In this document: positions 38,534-49,265 of the stretch, piece by piece
Numbering within the stretch: position 1 is the stretch's first letter
Layout of the letters: each line of letters begins with the position of its first letter
Origin: Mustelus asterias
Taxonomy: Eukaryota
Direction of reading: 5' to 3'
Length of the DNA: 64,000 bases
Assembly: GCF_964213995.1 (NCBI RefSeq)
Contig: NC_135830.1
Location: forward strand, 14,818,001-14,882,000
Notes under the pieces: generated by a model
The model's database searches: none
What the model was told of the DNA's origin: nothing
Seen by the model: the letters and a program-made list of their open reading frames with translations, nothing else
Made by a program: the position numbers and the translations under genes

Positions 38534-39889
38534 AAACAAAGCGGGATGGAAAAAGGTTCAATTTGAACGGCGACACTGCTGGAACTAAACCCACTAAAAA
38601 CAGAGCCCAACATGAGACTCGAATGCACGACCCTGACCTAGACGGACACATTTCAGAACTGGCACTCCATATACTAAAATGCATGGAGACAAATATGGCT
38701 TTTCCATCTGGTATCTCAGCTTATTACAATTAGAAAGTTTACGATTAATCAACCGACTGAATCTTTGAAGTAGAATGCATATAGAACAATGGAACAAAGA
38801 ACAAAGAACAATACAGCACAGGAACAGGCCCTTCGGCCCTCCAAGCCCGTGCCGCTCCCTGGTCCAAACTAGACCATTCTTTTGTATCCCTCCATTCCCA
38901 CTCCGTTCATATGGCTGTCTAGATAAGTCTTAAACGTTCCCAGTGTGTCCGCCTCCACCACCTTGCCTGGCAGCGCATTCCAGGCCCCCACCACCCTCTG
39001 TGTAAAATAGTCCTTCTGATATCTGTGTTAAACCTCCCCCCCTCACCTTGAACCTATGACCCCTCGTGAACGTCACCACCGACCTGGGGAAAAGCTTCCC
39101 ACCGTTCACCCTATCTATGCCTTTCATAATTTTATACACCTCTATTAAGTCTCCCCTCATCCTCCGTCTTTCCAGGGAGAACAACCCCAGTTTACCCAAT
39201 CTCTCCTCATAACTAAGTCCCTCCATACCAGGTAACATCCTGGTAAACCTCCTCTGTACTCTCTCCAAAGCCTCCACGTCCTTCTGGTAGTGTGGCGAAC
39301 AGAACTGGATGCAGTATTCCAAATGCGGCCGAACCAACGTTCTATACATCTGCAACATCAGACCCCAACTTTTATACTCTATGCCCCGTCCTATAAAGGC
39401 AAGCATGCCATATGCCTTCTTCACCACCTTCTCCACCTGTGACGTCACCTTCAAGGATCTGTGGACTTGCACACCCAGGGCCCTCTACGTATCTACACCC
39501 TTTATGGTTCGGCCATTTATCGTATAGCTCCTCCCTACATTATTTCTACCAAAATGCATCACTTCGCATTGATCAGGATTGAACTCCATCTGCCATTTCT
39601 TTGCCCAAATTTCCAGCCTATCTATATCCTTCTGTAGCTTCTGACAATGCTCCTCACTATCTGCAAGTCCAGCCAATTTTGGGTCGTCTGCAAACTTACT
39701 GATCACCCCAGTTACACCTTCTTCCAGATCGTGTATATAAATCACAAACAGCAGAGATCCCAATACAGAGCCCTGCGGAACACCACTAGTCATGATGTGG
39801 AGATGCCGGCGTTGGACTGGGGTAAACACAGTAAGAAGTTTAACAACACCAGGTTAAAGTCCAACAGGTTTATTTGGTAGCAAAAGCCA

Positions 39890-39926
39890 AACAAGCTTTC
39901 GAGGCTCTGAGCCCCTTCTTCAGGTG
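39890..39926 (-). ncRNA. Minimal hammerhead ribozyme motif
   Basis: Minus strand reads cac CTGAAGA a ggggct cag agcctc GAAA gctt gtt. Confidence 0.6.
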
Positions 39927-40897
39927 AGTGGGAATTCTGTTCACAAACAGAACTTATAAGACACAGACTCAATTTACATGAATAATGGTTGGAATGCGAA
40001 TACTTACAACTAATCTGTGTTAAACCTCCCCCCCTCACCTTGAACCTATGACCCCTCGTGAACGTCACCACCGACCTGGGGAAAAGCTTCCCACCGTTCA
40101 CCCTATCTATGCCTTTCATAATTTTATACACCTCTATTAAGTCTCCCCTCATCCTCCGTCTTTCCAGGGAGAACAACCCCAGTTTACCCAATCTCTCCTC
40201 ATAACTAAGTCCCTCCATACCAGGTAACATCCTGGTAAACCTCCTCTGTACTCTCTCCAAAGCCTCCACGTCCTTCTGGTAGTGTGGCGAACAGAACTGG
40301 ATGCAGTATTCCAAATGCGGCCGAACCAACGTTCTATACATCTGCAACATCAGAACCCAAACTATGCAGACGCTGCGACAACGGATGAATGAACACCGCT
40401 CGACAATCACCAGGCAAGACTGTTCTCTTCCTGTTGGGGAGCACTTCAGCGGTCACGGGCATTCGGCCTCTGATATTCGGGTAAGCGTTCTCCAAGGCGG
40501 CCTTCGCGACACACGACAGCGCAGAGTCGCGGAGCAGAAACTGATAGCCAGGTTCCGCACACACAAGGACGGCCTCAACCGGGATATTGGGTTTATGTCA
40601 CACTATTTCACATAAATATTTCTGCTTTTTTCCTCCTGAGTCTTTATCATGCGATCCTAGAATCAGACTTTATGTCACACTATTTGTAACTCCCACAGTT
40701 GCGTGGACCTGCAGAGTTTCACTGGCTGTCTTGTCTGGAGACAATACACATCTTTTTAGCCTGTCTTGATGCTCTCTCCACTCCCATTGTTTTGTTTCTT
40801 AAAGACTGGATTAGTTGTAAGTATTCGCATTCCAACCATTATTCATGTAAATTGAGTCTGTGTCTTATAAGTTCTGTTTGTGAACAGAATTCCCACT

Positions 40898-40934
40898 CAC
40901 CTGAAGAAGGGGCTCAGAGCCTCGAAAGCTTGTG
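40898..40934 (+). ncRNA. Minimal hammerhead ribozyme motif
   Basis: cac CTGAAGA a ggggct cag agcctc GAAA gctt gtg. Confidence 0.65.
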
Positions 40935-42324
40935 TGGCTTTTGCTACCAAATAAACCTGTTGGACTTTAACCTGGTGTTGTTAAACTTCTTACTGTGAAC
41001 ACCACTAGTCACAGGCCTCCAGCCGGAAAAAGACCCTTCCACTACCACCCTCTGTCTTCTGTGACCAAGCCAGTTCTCCACCCATCTAGCCACCTCCCCC
41101 TTTATCCCATGAGATCCAACCTTTTTCACCAGCCTACCATGAGGGACTTTGTCAAATGCTTTACTAAAGTCCATATAGACGACATCCACGGCCCTTCCCT
41201 CGTCAACCATTCTAGTCACTTCTCCAAAAAGCTCCACCAGGTTAGTGAGGCATGACCTCCCTCTCACAAAACCATGCTGACTATCGTTAATGAGTTTATT
41301 CCTTTCTAAATGCGCATACATCCTATCTCTAAGAATATTCTCCAACAACTTCCCCACCATGGACGTCAAGCTCACCGGCCTATAATTACCCGGGTTATCC
41401 TTCCTACCCTTCTTAAATAACGGGACCACATTAGCTATCCTCCAATCCTCTGGGACCTCACCTGCGTCCAGTGACGAGACAAAGATTTGTGTCAGAGGCC
41501 CAGCGAATTCATCTCTCATCTCCCTGAGCAGCCTCGGATAGATTCCATCAGGCCCTGGGGATTTGTCAGTCTTTATATTCTCTAACAAACCTAGAACTTC
41601 CTCCCTTGTAATGGAGATTTTCTCCAACAGTTCAACACTCCCCTCCGAGACACTCCTAGTCAACACATCCCTCTCCTTTGTGAATACCGACGCAAAGTAT
41701 TCATTTAGGATCTCCCCTACTTCTTTGGGCTCCAAGCATAATTCCCCACTTTTGTCCCTGAGAGGTCAACAACTTCATTCACATCTTGCACTTCTTAGCT
41801 TTACCTCCTTTTAAACATTGCAAACTCCTCTTACATCTTTTGCCTTAATATTTGTGATCGAAATACTCAAACAGATGTGGAAACAGCGTCTCAGTATGCC
41901 CAAAGTCAAACTATCGCCCCATTTTCAGACTTTTCCATCTGACCACCTCTCATCCCAAAATCATCTCACTGAGTCTCTCCTCCCCGCACAACTGCCTCGT
42001 CACAGGATTAAACCCAGTGAACGTTGTTTAAACATAGAAAGCGAGAGAATAGAGGGTGCAAAGAGCAAAAGAGGGAACAGTGTTCGATGCACAGACAGAG
42101 AGACTGAAAATTGAAAGAGTCAGAGACAGGTCTCCAGTGACAAAAAGAGACAGACAGGGAAAGAGAGTGAAGCAATCACCCACAACTCAATTTCCACAAA
42201 ACAACTCTCGGAACCCACAAGCATGGGGTCCTCTGAATGGGTGAATAAGGATTAAATGAATGTCTGCAAGCATTGTCACCTTTTGAAAATGTCTGGATCC
42301 TCTGTGCGTGTGTTGTGCGAATAT

Positions 42325-42682
42325 AATTTGATTTGTTTTATTGTCACATGTATTAACATACAGTGAAAAGTATTGTTTCTTGCGTGCTATACAGACAAAA
42401 CATACAATTCATGCACCAGGAAACGAGAGAGTGCAGAATGTAGTGTTACAGTCATAGTTAGGGTGTAGATAAAGATCAACTTAATGTAAGGTAACTCCAT
42501 TCAGAAGTCTGACAGCAGCAGGGAAGAAGCTGTTCTTGAGTCGGTTGGTACGTGACCTCAGACTTTCTGTATCTTTTCCGGATGGAAGAAGGTGGAAGAG
42601 AGAATGTCGCGGTGCGTGGGATCCTTAATTACGCTGGCTGCTTTGCCGAGACAGCGGGAAGTGTAGACAGAGTCAATGGGAA
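42325..42682 (-). mobile_element. Rex1/Babar-type LINE 3' end
   Basis: Homologous to about 3066-3430 (tttgatttg..ttattgtcacatg, gaagaagctgttcttgagtcgg). Confidence 0.8.
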
Positions 42683-42790
42683 GCCTTTCAGTGTGTTCTC
42701 AGGTTCTCAAATCATGCGCCATGTGACCCAATTCCGCCACGTCACGGGAAATAAACTAACAAAATCCACGACTTGTCCACTACAAAGCAA

Positions 42791-42880
42791 GGGGTTGTCC
42801 GGGATTTAAACCAGGGACCTCTCCCAAGCCTGCGGATTTTAACACCCAAAGCGAGAATGATACCCATCGACCAACAGACC
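42791..42880 (-). tRNA. tRNA-Pro(TGG) with an 18 nt intron-like insertion at 37/38 (degenerate)
   Basis: Minus strand: GGTCTGTTGGTCGATGGGTATCATTCTCGC TT TGG G [TGTTAAAATCCGCAGGCT] T GGGAGAGGTCCCTGGTTTAAATCCCGGACAACCCC, i.e. a 72 nt Pro body plus 18 nt. Confidence 0.85.
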
Positions 42881-43319
42881 ATCGTTAAAAAAGCATGTCA
42901 ACTAAATATATTTTCATTCCCATCTAACAGCGGATCAGAAATTTGCAATGAAACGTGATAATGTTGGAAAAACTCAGGAAGTCAGACAGCGTCTGTGCAT
43001 AGGGAAACAAAAGATAAACTTTTGTTTCCCCATGACCTTTCGTTAACATTGGGAATGTTTAGAAATGTAGGACTTTTCAAAGAAGTGAAATCCAGCAGGG
43101 AGGAAACATAACAACCTCTGATATGGTGGAAGCCAGGGGAAAATAAATGAGGGAAACAGAGAATGACAGAATGATTACACCACAGAATGAGACGATTACA
43201 AATTTACTTGCAGGACTCACATGCGTTGTGGGTGAAGGGGGACTAGAGGGCGTACTGTTCATATATTTCAACAAAACCGTAGTGATGAGGTTGGTGGGCT
43301 TGAAAATTGAACGCTCTAC

Positions 43320-43800
43320 ATAGAAACATAGGAACATAGGAATTGGGAGCGGATGTCGGCAAATTCAGCCCTGTGGTCCTGCTCAACATAGGAACATAGG
43401 AATTGGGAGCAGATGTCGGCAAATTCAGCCCTGTGGTCCTGCTCTGCCATTCAATCAGATCATGGTTGACCTCTCCTTGATCTGAAATCCACCTCCCCAC
43501 CTATTCTCCATATCCCTTTAATGTGTTTTTCTTCATCAGAAATATTTATATCCCTTCTTGAAATCATTCAACAATTCAGATTCCAACGCGCTATGGAGCA
43601 GCGAGTTCCACCAATTCACCACTCTTTACGAGAAGTAGTTTCTCCTCACCTCAGTTTTAAATCCACGGGCTCTCAAACTATACACGTGAGCTCTTGTCCT
43701 TGATTGCCCCATAAGAAGAAACTTTTGGTCTACCTTTTCTTTATCAATCCATTTCGAATTTTATATACCTCTATCAGATTCCCTCCTCATCCTTCTAAAC
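43320..43800 (-). mobile_element. Old CR1 3' fragment with a 60 bp tandem duplication in the tail
   Basis: aacataggaacataggaattgggagc.gatgtcggcaaattcagccctgtggtcctgctc occurs twice at about 43325-43444. Confidence 0.65.
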
Positions 43801-44011
43801 TTCAGCATTTTGTGGGACCATTTCACCTCACTGTCAATTCCATGAACCAGCGAATTCAATCCATGTTGTCATTGGCTGAAGGAGGCAATAATGTTCCATC
43901 CAAACAGGACATTTTGAAGGAGAAACGTGTCACAAGTGAAAAAGATCTGAGAGGAAAATAATGAGCAAAGGGACATGTGTTAAGTCAGTTTGAAAAACAC
44001 AGTTCACCGGT

Positions 44012-44082
44012 TTCCGTGGTAGTCCAGTGGCTTGTGTTCAGCACTCTCCCTGTGATGTCTGGTTTCAATTCCCGCTTTGGAA
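44012..44082 (+). pseudogene. tRNA-Glu remnant
   Basis: tccgtggtagtccagtggct..ttcagcactctc..ggtttcaattcccg; upstream flank is homologous to 29070-29210. Confidence 0.55.
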
Positions 44083-44793
44083 AAGAGGACTATTTGCTCT
44101 CAGTAAACCATTAATAATGATCTGATTTGCTCTCTGATCGAAAGCAGATCTACTAGAATCAGCCGAGTGAGGTTTGCAAGTTTATATCAGAGCTGGAAAT
44201 TTCACATGTGCAACAGTTCAAGAACAAACACAAAAGGAGAAGGACAGTGATAGGGTGCAAAGTACGAACGATTGAGCCGTTGTTGCAAGGTAAAATCTGT
44301 TTGGTAATTAGTCAGATTTTACCGTTTACACTGACACTGAATTATGAAACTTTTTCCCGCACTCTGCATTGAAAAGCATTTGGAAATATTTCTGTCCGGT
44401 TTCGAACCGTTAAAAGCGCAAGTGATAATTGCACTGGAGGGTTTGTTACATGTTGTGATTGGCTGAACACATCACTGGTGTTGAAACAGAAGGCGCCATT
44501 TTGCAGGAGAAAGCTGTTTGTGGCGAAAGTGGCGTGAAAATTAAAGTAACAAAAGCAGTGGGGATAAATTAAATTATAAAACACGCTGTAAGCTGCTGGT
44601 CTGGTGGTTAGAGTTTGACTCTTTCCCTGCTAAATAAAGGTCAAAAATATTCAGCATTTCTTATTTTAAAGAAAGCACTGAGGCCGAGGTAAGAGCAAAG
44701 TTAATATGGCTGTAACATCGAGATTCGTATAAAGTTGAGCAACAAGATGAAATCATGCAGATTTCCCTCACCTGCAGGAGAAAGCTTAATGAA

Positions 44794-44866
44794 CGTTTCC
44801 GCCCGGTTCCGGACCGGGGAATTTTCGCGTATGAAGCGAACGTGATAACCACTGCACTGCAGAAAC
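44794..44866 (-). tRNA. tRNA-Val-derived pseudogene with CAT anticodon
   Basis: GTTTCTGCAGTGCAGTGGTTATCACGTTCGC TT CAT AC GCGAAAATTCCCCGGTCCGGAACCGGGCGGAAACG; B box damaged. Confidence 0.85.
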
Positions 44867-45892
44867 AATTGACAGCATAGTACCGCCAATTTGCCTGACT
44901 ACAATGATCAACTCCACTATGTTGCTGCAAGTACTAATGGTTAGGTTGAGGGACCAAGTCACTTAATATAAGATCACATCCGGTACTTTCAACTTGACAT
45001 CTCAACTTATCTTGTACTTCAAAATTAAAAAGCTTTCTTCTGGCAAATGTCTAAGCAAGCAATGATTTCTGCTACATTAAGGCATCATTCTCATCTTCCG
45101 TCGAATAATTTCAACCAATTGTTCTCAGTAATTGTTCGTTATTCAATATTTAATGTCAATACGTTATTTAACACACATGTCCTCATTATGAATTGAATAT
45201 CTCTGAAATTGAATATCACTGAATTGCAAACATAATTGGCCAACAGACGATATCGAGTCACCGGGTAATATAGATCCCATGGTGTTTATTTGAGATTGAT
45301 CGCAGTCAGCTTTTAAACAAAGTCAACTATTTTCAAATGGAAGCGACTGAAGAAGTATCTGCTGGTTATATTCGAGCCGTTTTTATTCTGGGTGTGAAAC
45401 ATTCAGGCGCGTAAATTCCGGCCATCTATAGAAAAGTCCCCTAAATCTGCACTGAGACTCAATTTCCTCATCTGTCTGAGTAGTTTTTCCTTTTTATTTG
45501 TTATGAAGAACGATTTTTAAAAAGGTTCTTCTGGAAAATGTGCGCAAGATCCCCTAGTTCTGTTACAGTATCATTAGTTTTTGCCTTTTTGAGCACATAC
45601 TACTATTCGAAATGTTTCAGATGGTGAATAACGATGTTTGTCTGCGCAGATAACCCAATTATCTTTCGTGTAGACAGAACGAGGTGCCAATATGTGCACG
45701 TTGTCAAAATAGAAACGCTTCCTTCCCATCAGTGCGTCAAAAATAAACCAACATCTCTGATTTTACAGAATGCATTTGAGGCCGATGTCAGAGCAAAGAT
45801 AAAGTGGCTGCAACATGGAGATTCAGAAAACGTTCAGCAACGAACTGAAATCAGATAGATTTCCCTCACTCTTCATGAGAAAGCTCAGTAAA

Positions 45893-45965
45893 TGTTCCTG
45901 CCCGGGTACGAACCGGTGACCGTTAGCATGTGCGGCAAACATGATAGCCACGACATTACAGAAAC
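45893..45965 (-). tRNA. tRNA-Val(CAC) pseudogene
   Basis: Co-linear with the Val consensus but with many substitutions. Confidence 0.75.
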
Positions 45966-46031
45966 AAGTGCCAGCACATTACAGCAAATCGTCCTGTCTG
46001 CAATGATCAACTGCGCTGTGTTGCTGCAGGT

Positions 46032-46350
46032 TGGGTGGCACAGTGGCTAGCACTGCTGCCTCATAGCGCCGGGGTGCCAGATTCAATTGCGGCCTTGGGT
46101 CACTGTCTGTGTGGAGTTTGCACGTTCTCCCCGTATCTTCATGGGTTTCCTCCGGGTGTTCCGGTTTCCTCCAGCACTCCAAAGATGTGCGAGTTAGGTG
46201 GATTGGCCATGCTAAATTGACCCTATTGTCAGGGGGATTAGCTAGGGTAAATGGGCAGTGTTAGAGAAATAGGGCCTGGGTGGGATTGTGGTTGGTACAG
46301 ACTTGATGGGCCGAATGGCCTCCTTCTATACTGTACAGACTCTATAGATT
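46032..46350 (+). mobile_element. HE1-type SINE inserted in Val unit 2
   Basis: gtggcacagtggctagcactgctgcctc head, V-domain and tail. Confidence 0.88.
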
Positions 46351-47437
46351 CGAATGGTTAGACTGAGAGCCCCGAACCCCCATGTCACTTAATTCAGGAA
46401 GAAAACTGTTAATTTTAATCTGATTGCTCAACTTATCTTCAACTTCAAAATTTAAAAGTGTTCGTCTGGCAAATATGTAAGGGGCAACGATTTCTGCTCG
46501 TTCATTAATGCAACATTCTCATCTTCCTTCGAGTAATCTCAACCAATGGTACTTCGTCATAAATCCAAATTACTGCGGATGCTGTAATTTGAAACCAAAA
46601 GAGAAAATGCTGGAAAATCTCAGCCGGTCTGGCAGCATCTGTAAGGAGAGAAAAGGGCTGACGTTCCGAGGTTAGATGGCACTTTGTCAAAGTTCATTGT
46701 GCAATTGTACTCAGTATTTGTTTCAATATTTAATATCAATGCATTATTTAACACATACGTCTTCATTATGAATTGAATATCTCTGGAATTGAACATCACA
46801 AATTGCAAACGTAAGTGGCCAACAAAAGGAATCGTGTAATACAGATCGCAATTTTGAGATTGACCATAGTCAGCTTTTAAACAAATTCAACCACATTTAA
46901 ATGGGAGAGATTGAAAAGATATCTGTTTGTTACACTTGAACCTTTTTATTATGGGCGTGAAACATTCAGCTGCATGAATTCCGGCCATCTTTAGGAAAGT
47001 CCAATAGATCCACACTGAGTCTCGATTTCCTCATCTGTCTGAGTCTTTTTTTCCTCTTTCTTTGTTATGAAGAACGATTTTTAAAAAAGATTCTTCTGGG
47101 AGATGTGCGCCATTTCCAATAGTTCACTTACAGTATCACCTGTGTCTGTCTTTTTTGACATACAATATCAGGCATGTTTCAGATGGTGATTAACTATGTT
47201 AGTCTGCACGGCGCAATCCATTAAATTCTTTTCTGGACGGAACGAGTTGCGAATATGTGGACAAACAACAGAAACATTTTTTTTCTCCGGCCTAAAATAC
47301 TGCATTTCTGATTTTCCCAAACGCATTTGACGCCGAGGTCAAAGTCGGCATGAACGTAACATAGGATTCTCATGATGTTGAACAATGACATTAGATCATG
47401 CAGGCTTCGCTCAGGCTTGATGAGAAAGATCCAACAG

Positions 47438-47510
47438 TGTTTCTGCCCGGTTTCGGACCAGGCAACTTCCGCGTGTGAGGCGAACGTGGTAACCACTACA
47501 TTACAGAAAC
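47438..47510 (-). tRNA. tRNA-Val(CAC) pseudogene
   Basis: Plus strand tgtttctgcccggtttcggacc..cgcgtgtgaggcgaacgtggtaaccactacattacagaaac. Confidence 0.85.
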
Positions 47511-48196
47511 AACTCACAGCCGACCACAGCAACTCAGCCTGTCTGCAATGTTCAACTGCGCTTTGTTGCTGCAGGTTTAAATGGTTGGACTGAGAGCCCA
47601 TGTCGCTTAATTCAGGAAGATAACCGTTAGTTTCAATCTGATTGTTCAACTTATCCTGAACTTCAATCTTTAAAAGCGTTCGTCTGGCAAATATCTGAGG
47701 GAGCAATGATTTCTGCTTTTTCATTATTGCATCATTCTCATCTTCCTTCCAATAATCTCAACCAATTGTAGTCAGTAAGAGAAGCAAATTACTGCGGATG
47801 ATGGAATCGGAAACCAAAAGAGAAAATGCGAGAAAGCCTCATAAGTTCTGAGGAGAGAAAAGGGCTGACGTTTCGAGTCCAGATGACAGCTTATCAAAGC
47901 TCGTTCTACAATTGTACTCAGTATTTGTTTGAATATTTAATATCAATGCATTATTTAACACATATGTCTTCATTATGAATTGAATATCTCTGAAATTAAA
48001 TATCACAGAATTGGAAATATAACTGACCAACAGATGGAATCGAGTCAGCGGGGAATGCAGATCGCAATTTTGAGATTGACTATAGTCATATTTTAAACAA
48101 AGCCAACTACATTTACATGGAAGAGATTCAAGAATTAACTGTTAGTGACACCTGAGCCTATTTAACAGCTTAGCTGTTACTAGGGGGCAGTAGCTG

Positions 48197-48470
48197 TTAC
48201 AAGGGGCATAACTATAAGGTTCATGGTGGGAGATGTAGGAAGGATGTCCGAGGTAGATTCTTAACACAGAGAGTGGTTGGGGTGTGGAATGGACTGCCTG
48301 CTGTGATAGTGGAGTCGGACACTTTAGGAACTTTCAAGCGGTTATTGGATAGGCACATGGAGCACACCAGAATGATAGGGAGTGGGATAGATTGATCTTG
48401 ATTTCGGACAAAGCTCGGCACAGCATCGAGGGCCGAAGAGCCTGTACTGTTCTATGTTCTGTGTGTTCTA
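48197..48470 (+). mobile_element. Short CR1 3' end inserted in Val unit 3
   Basis: Near-identical to 31130-31412. Confidence 0.85.
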
Positions 48471-49226
48471 TTTTATTATGGGCGTGAAACATTCAGACAC
48501 ATAAATCCCGGTCATCTATAGGAAAGCCCAGTAGATCCGCACAGAGTCTTGATTTCCTCATTTGGCTGAATGGTTTTTCATATTTCGTTGTTACGAATAA
48601 TGATTTTTTAAAAAATATTTTTTTCTGGGAATCCTGTTCCATTTCCTCTAGTTCGCTTACAGTATCACTTGTGCCTGCCTTTTTGAGCACACAATACTAT
48701 TAGACATGTTTCAGATTATGATTAACTATGTTAGTCGTGTTGCTGGGTGAGTCAGTGTGTCCCAGACTATAATAATAGTCATGTTGCTGGGCGAGTCTGT
48801 GTGTTCCAGATTGATAATAATCGTCGTGTCGCTGGGGAGTCTCTTTAGGCTGTTATTCTACATCCCATTTTTAAGTACGAGAGATCCATTCTGTATTTCA
48901 TTACAGGAACGAGTGCCGTGGAGTCAGGATCCTTGGACTCGTCTGAGATAAAAGTCTGGAAGAACAGCCTTTAATTTTCTGCTATGTTAACTCCACTTCT
49001 GAGTACATCTTTCAGCTGGGTGTTAAATGTTCCGCGTTAAATTTTACCATATAAACCGCAGATTTTGTTTAGTCCCGAGATTTTCCAAACTCCTTCTTTG
49101 TGAATCTCAACAAGAACAGAAAAAAACTGTTAAATGGACCTCACTAACTTTTTAAACCCGGGATCAAGCCATGCTCGCAGAAGGAAATTTAGTACATAAG
49201 AACATAGAGCTGTAAATACTCGCTGA

Positions 49227-49265
49227 GCTTTTTGAACGGGGTCTTAGCTGTAATGTAACGCTGTG
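49227..49265 (-). promoter_or_regulatory. 23 bp spacer recombination signal sequence
   Basis: Heptamer CACAGCG, exactly 23 nt spacer, nonamer TCAAAAAGC, directly after YYCAVR. Confidence 0.9.

Larger units (their letters stand above)
39793..40996. mobile_element. Penelope-like insertion: inverted termini, GIY-YIG end, captured CR1 copy and 15 bp TSD
   Basis: gaacaccactagtca at 39778-39792 and 40997-41011; PLE terminus on minus 39793-40012 and on plus 40355-40996. Confidence 0.9.
38790..41765 (-). mobile_element. Young CR1 LINE interrupted by a Penelope insertion
   Basis: ORFs 40944-41735, 39485-39829 and 38930-39472 join into a CR1 RT once 39793-40996 is removed. Confidence 0.93.
44660..48735. 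repeat. Three tandem 1.1-1.5 kb units, each carrying a minus-strand tRNA-Val
   Basis: Shared blocks such as cattatgaattgaatatctctg and tttcctcat, and tgtttcagat, recur three times. Confidence 0.88.

Noticed and set aside
39790-40410. Novel 206 aa fusion protein
   Set aside because: It is an artefact of PLE and CR1 junctions read across a rearranged insertion.
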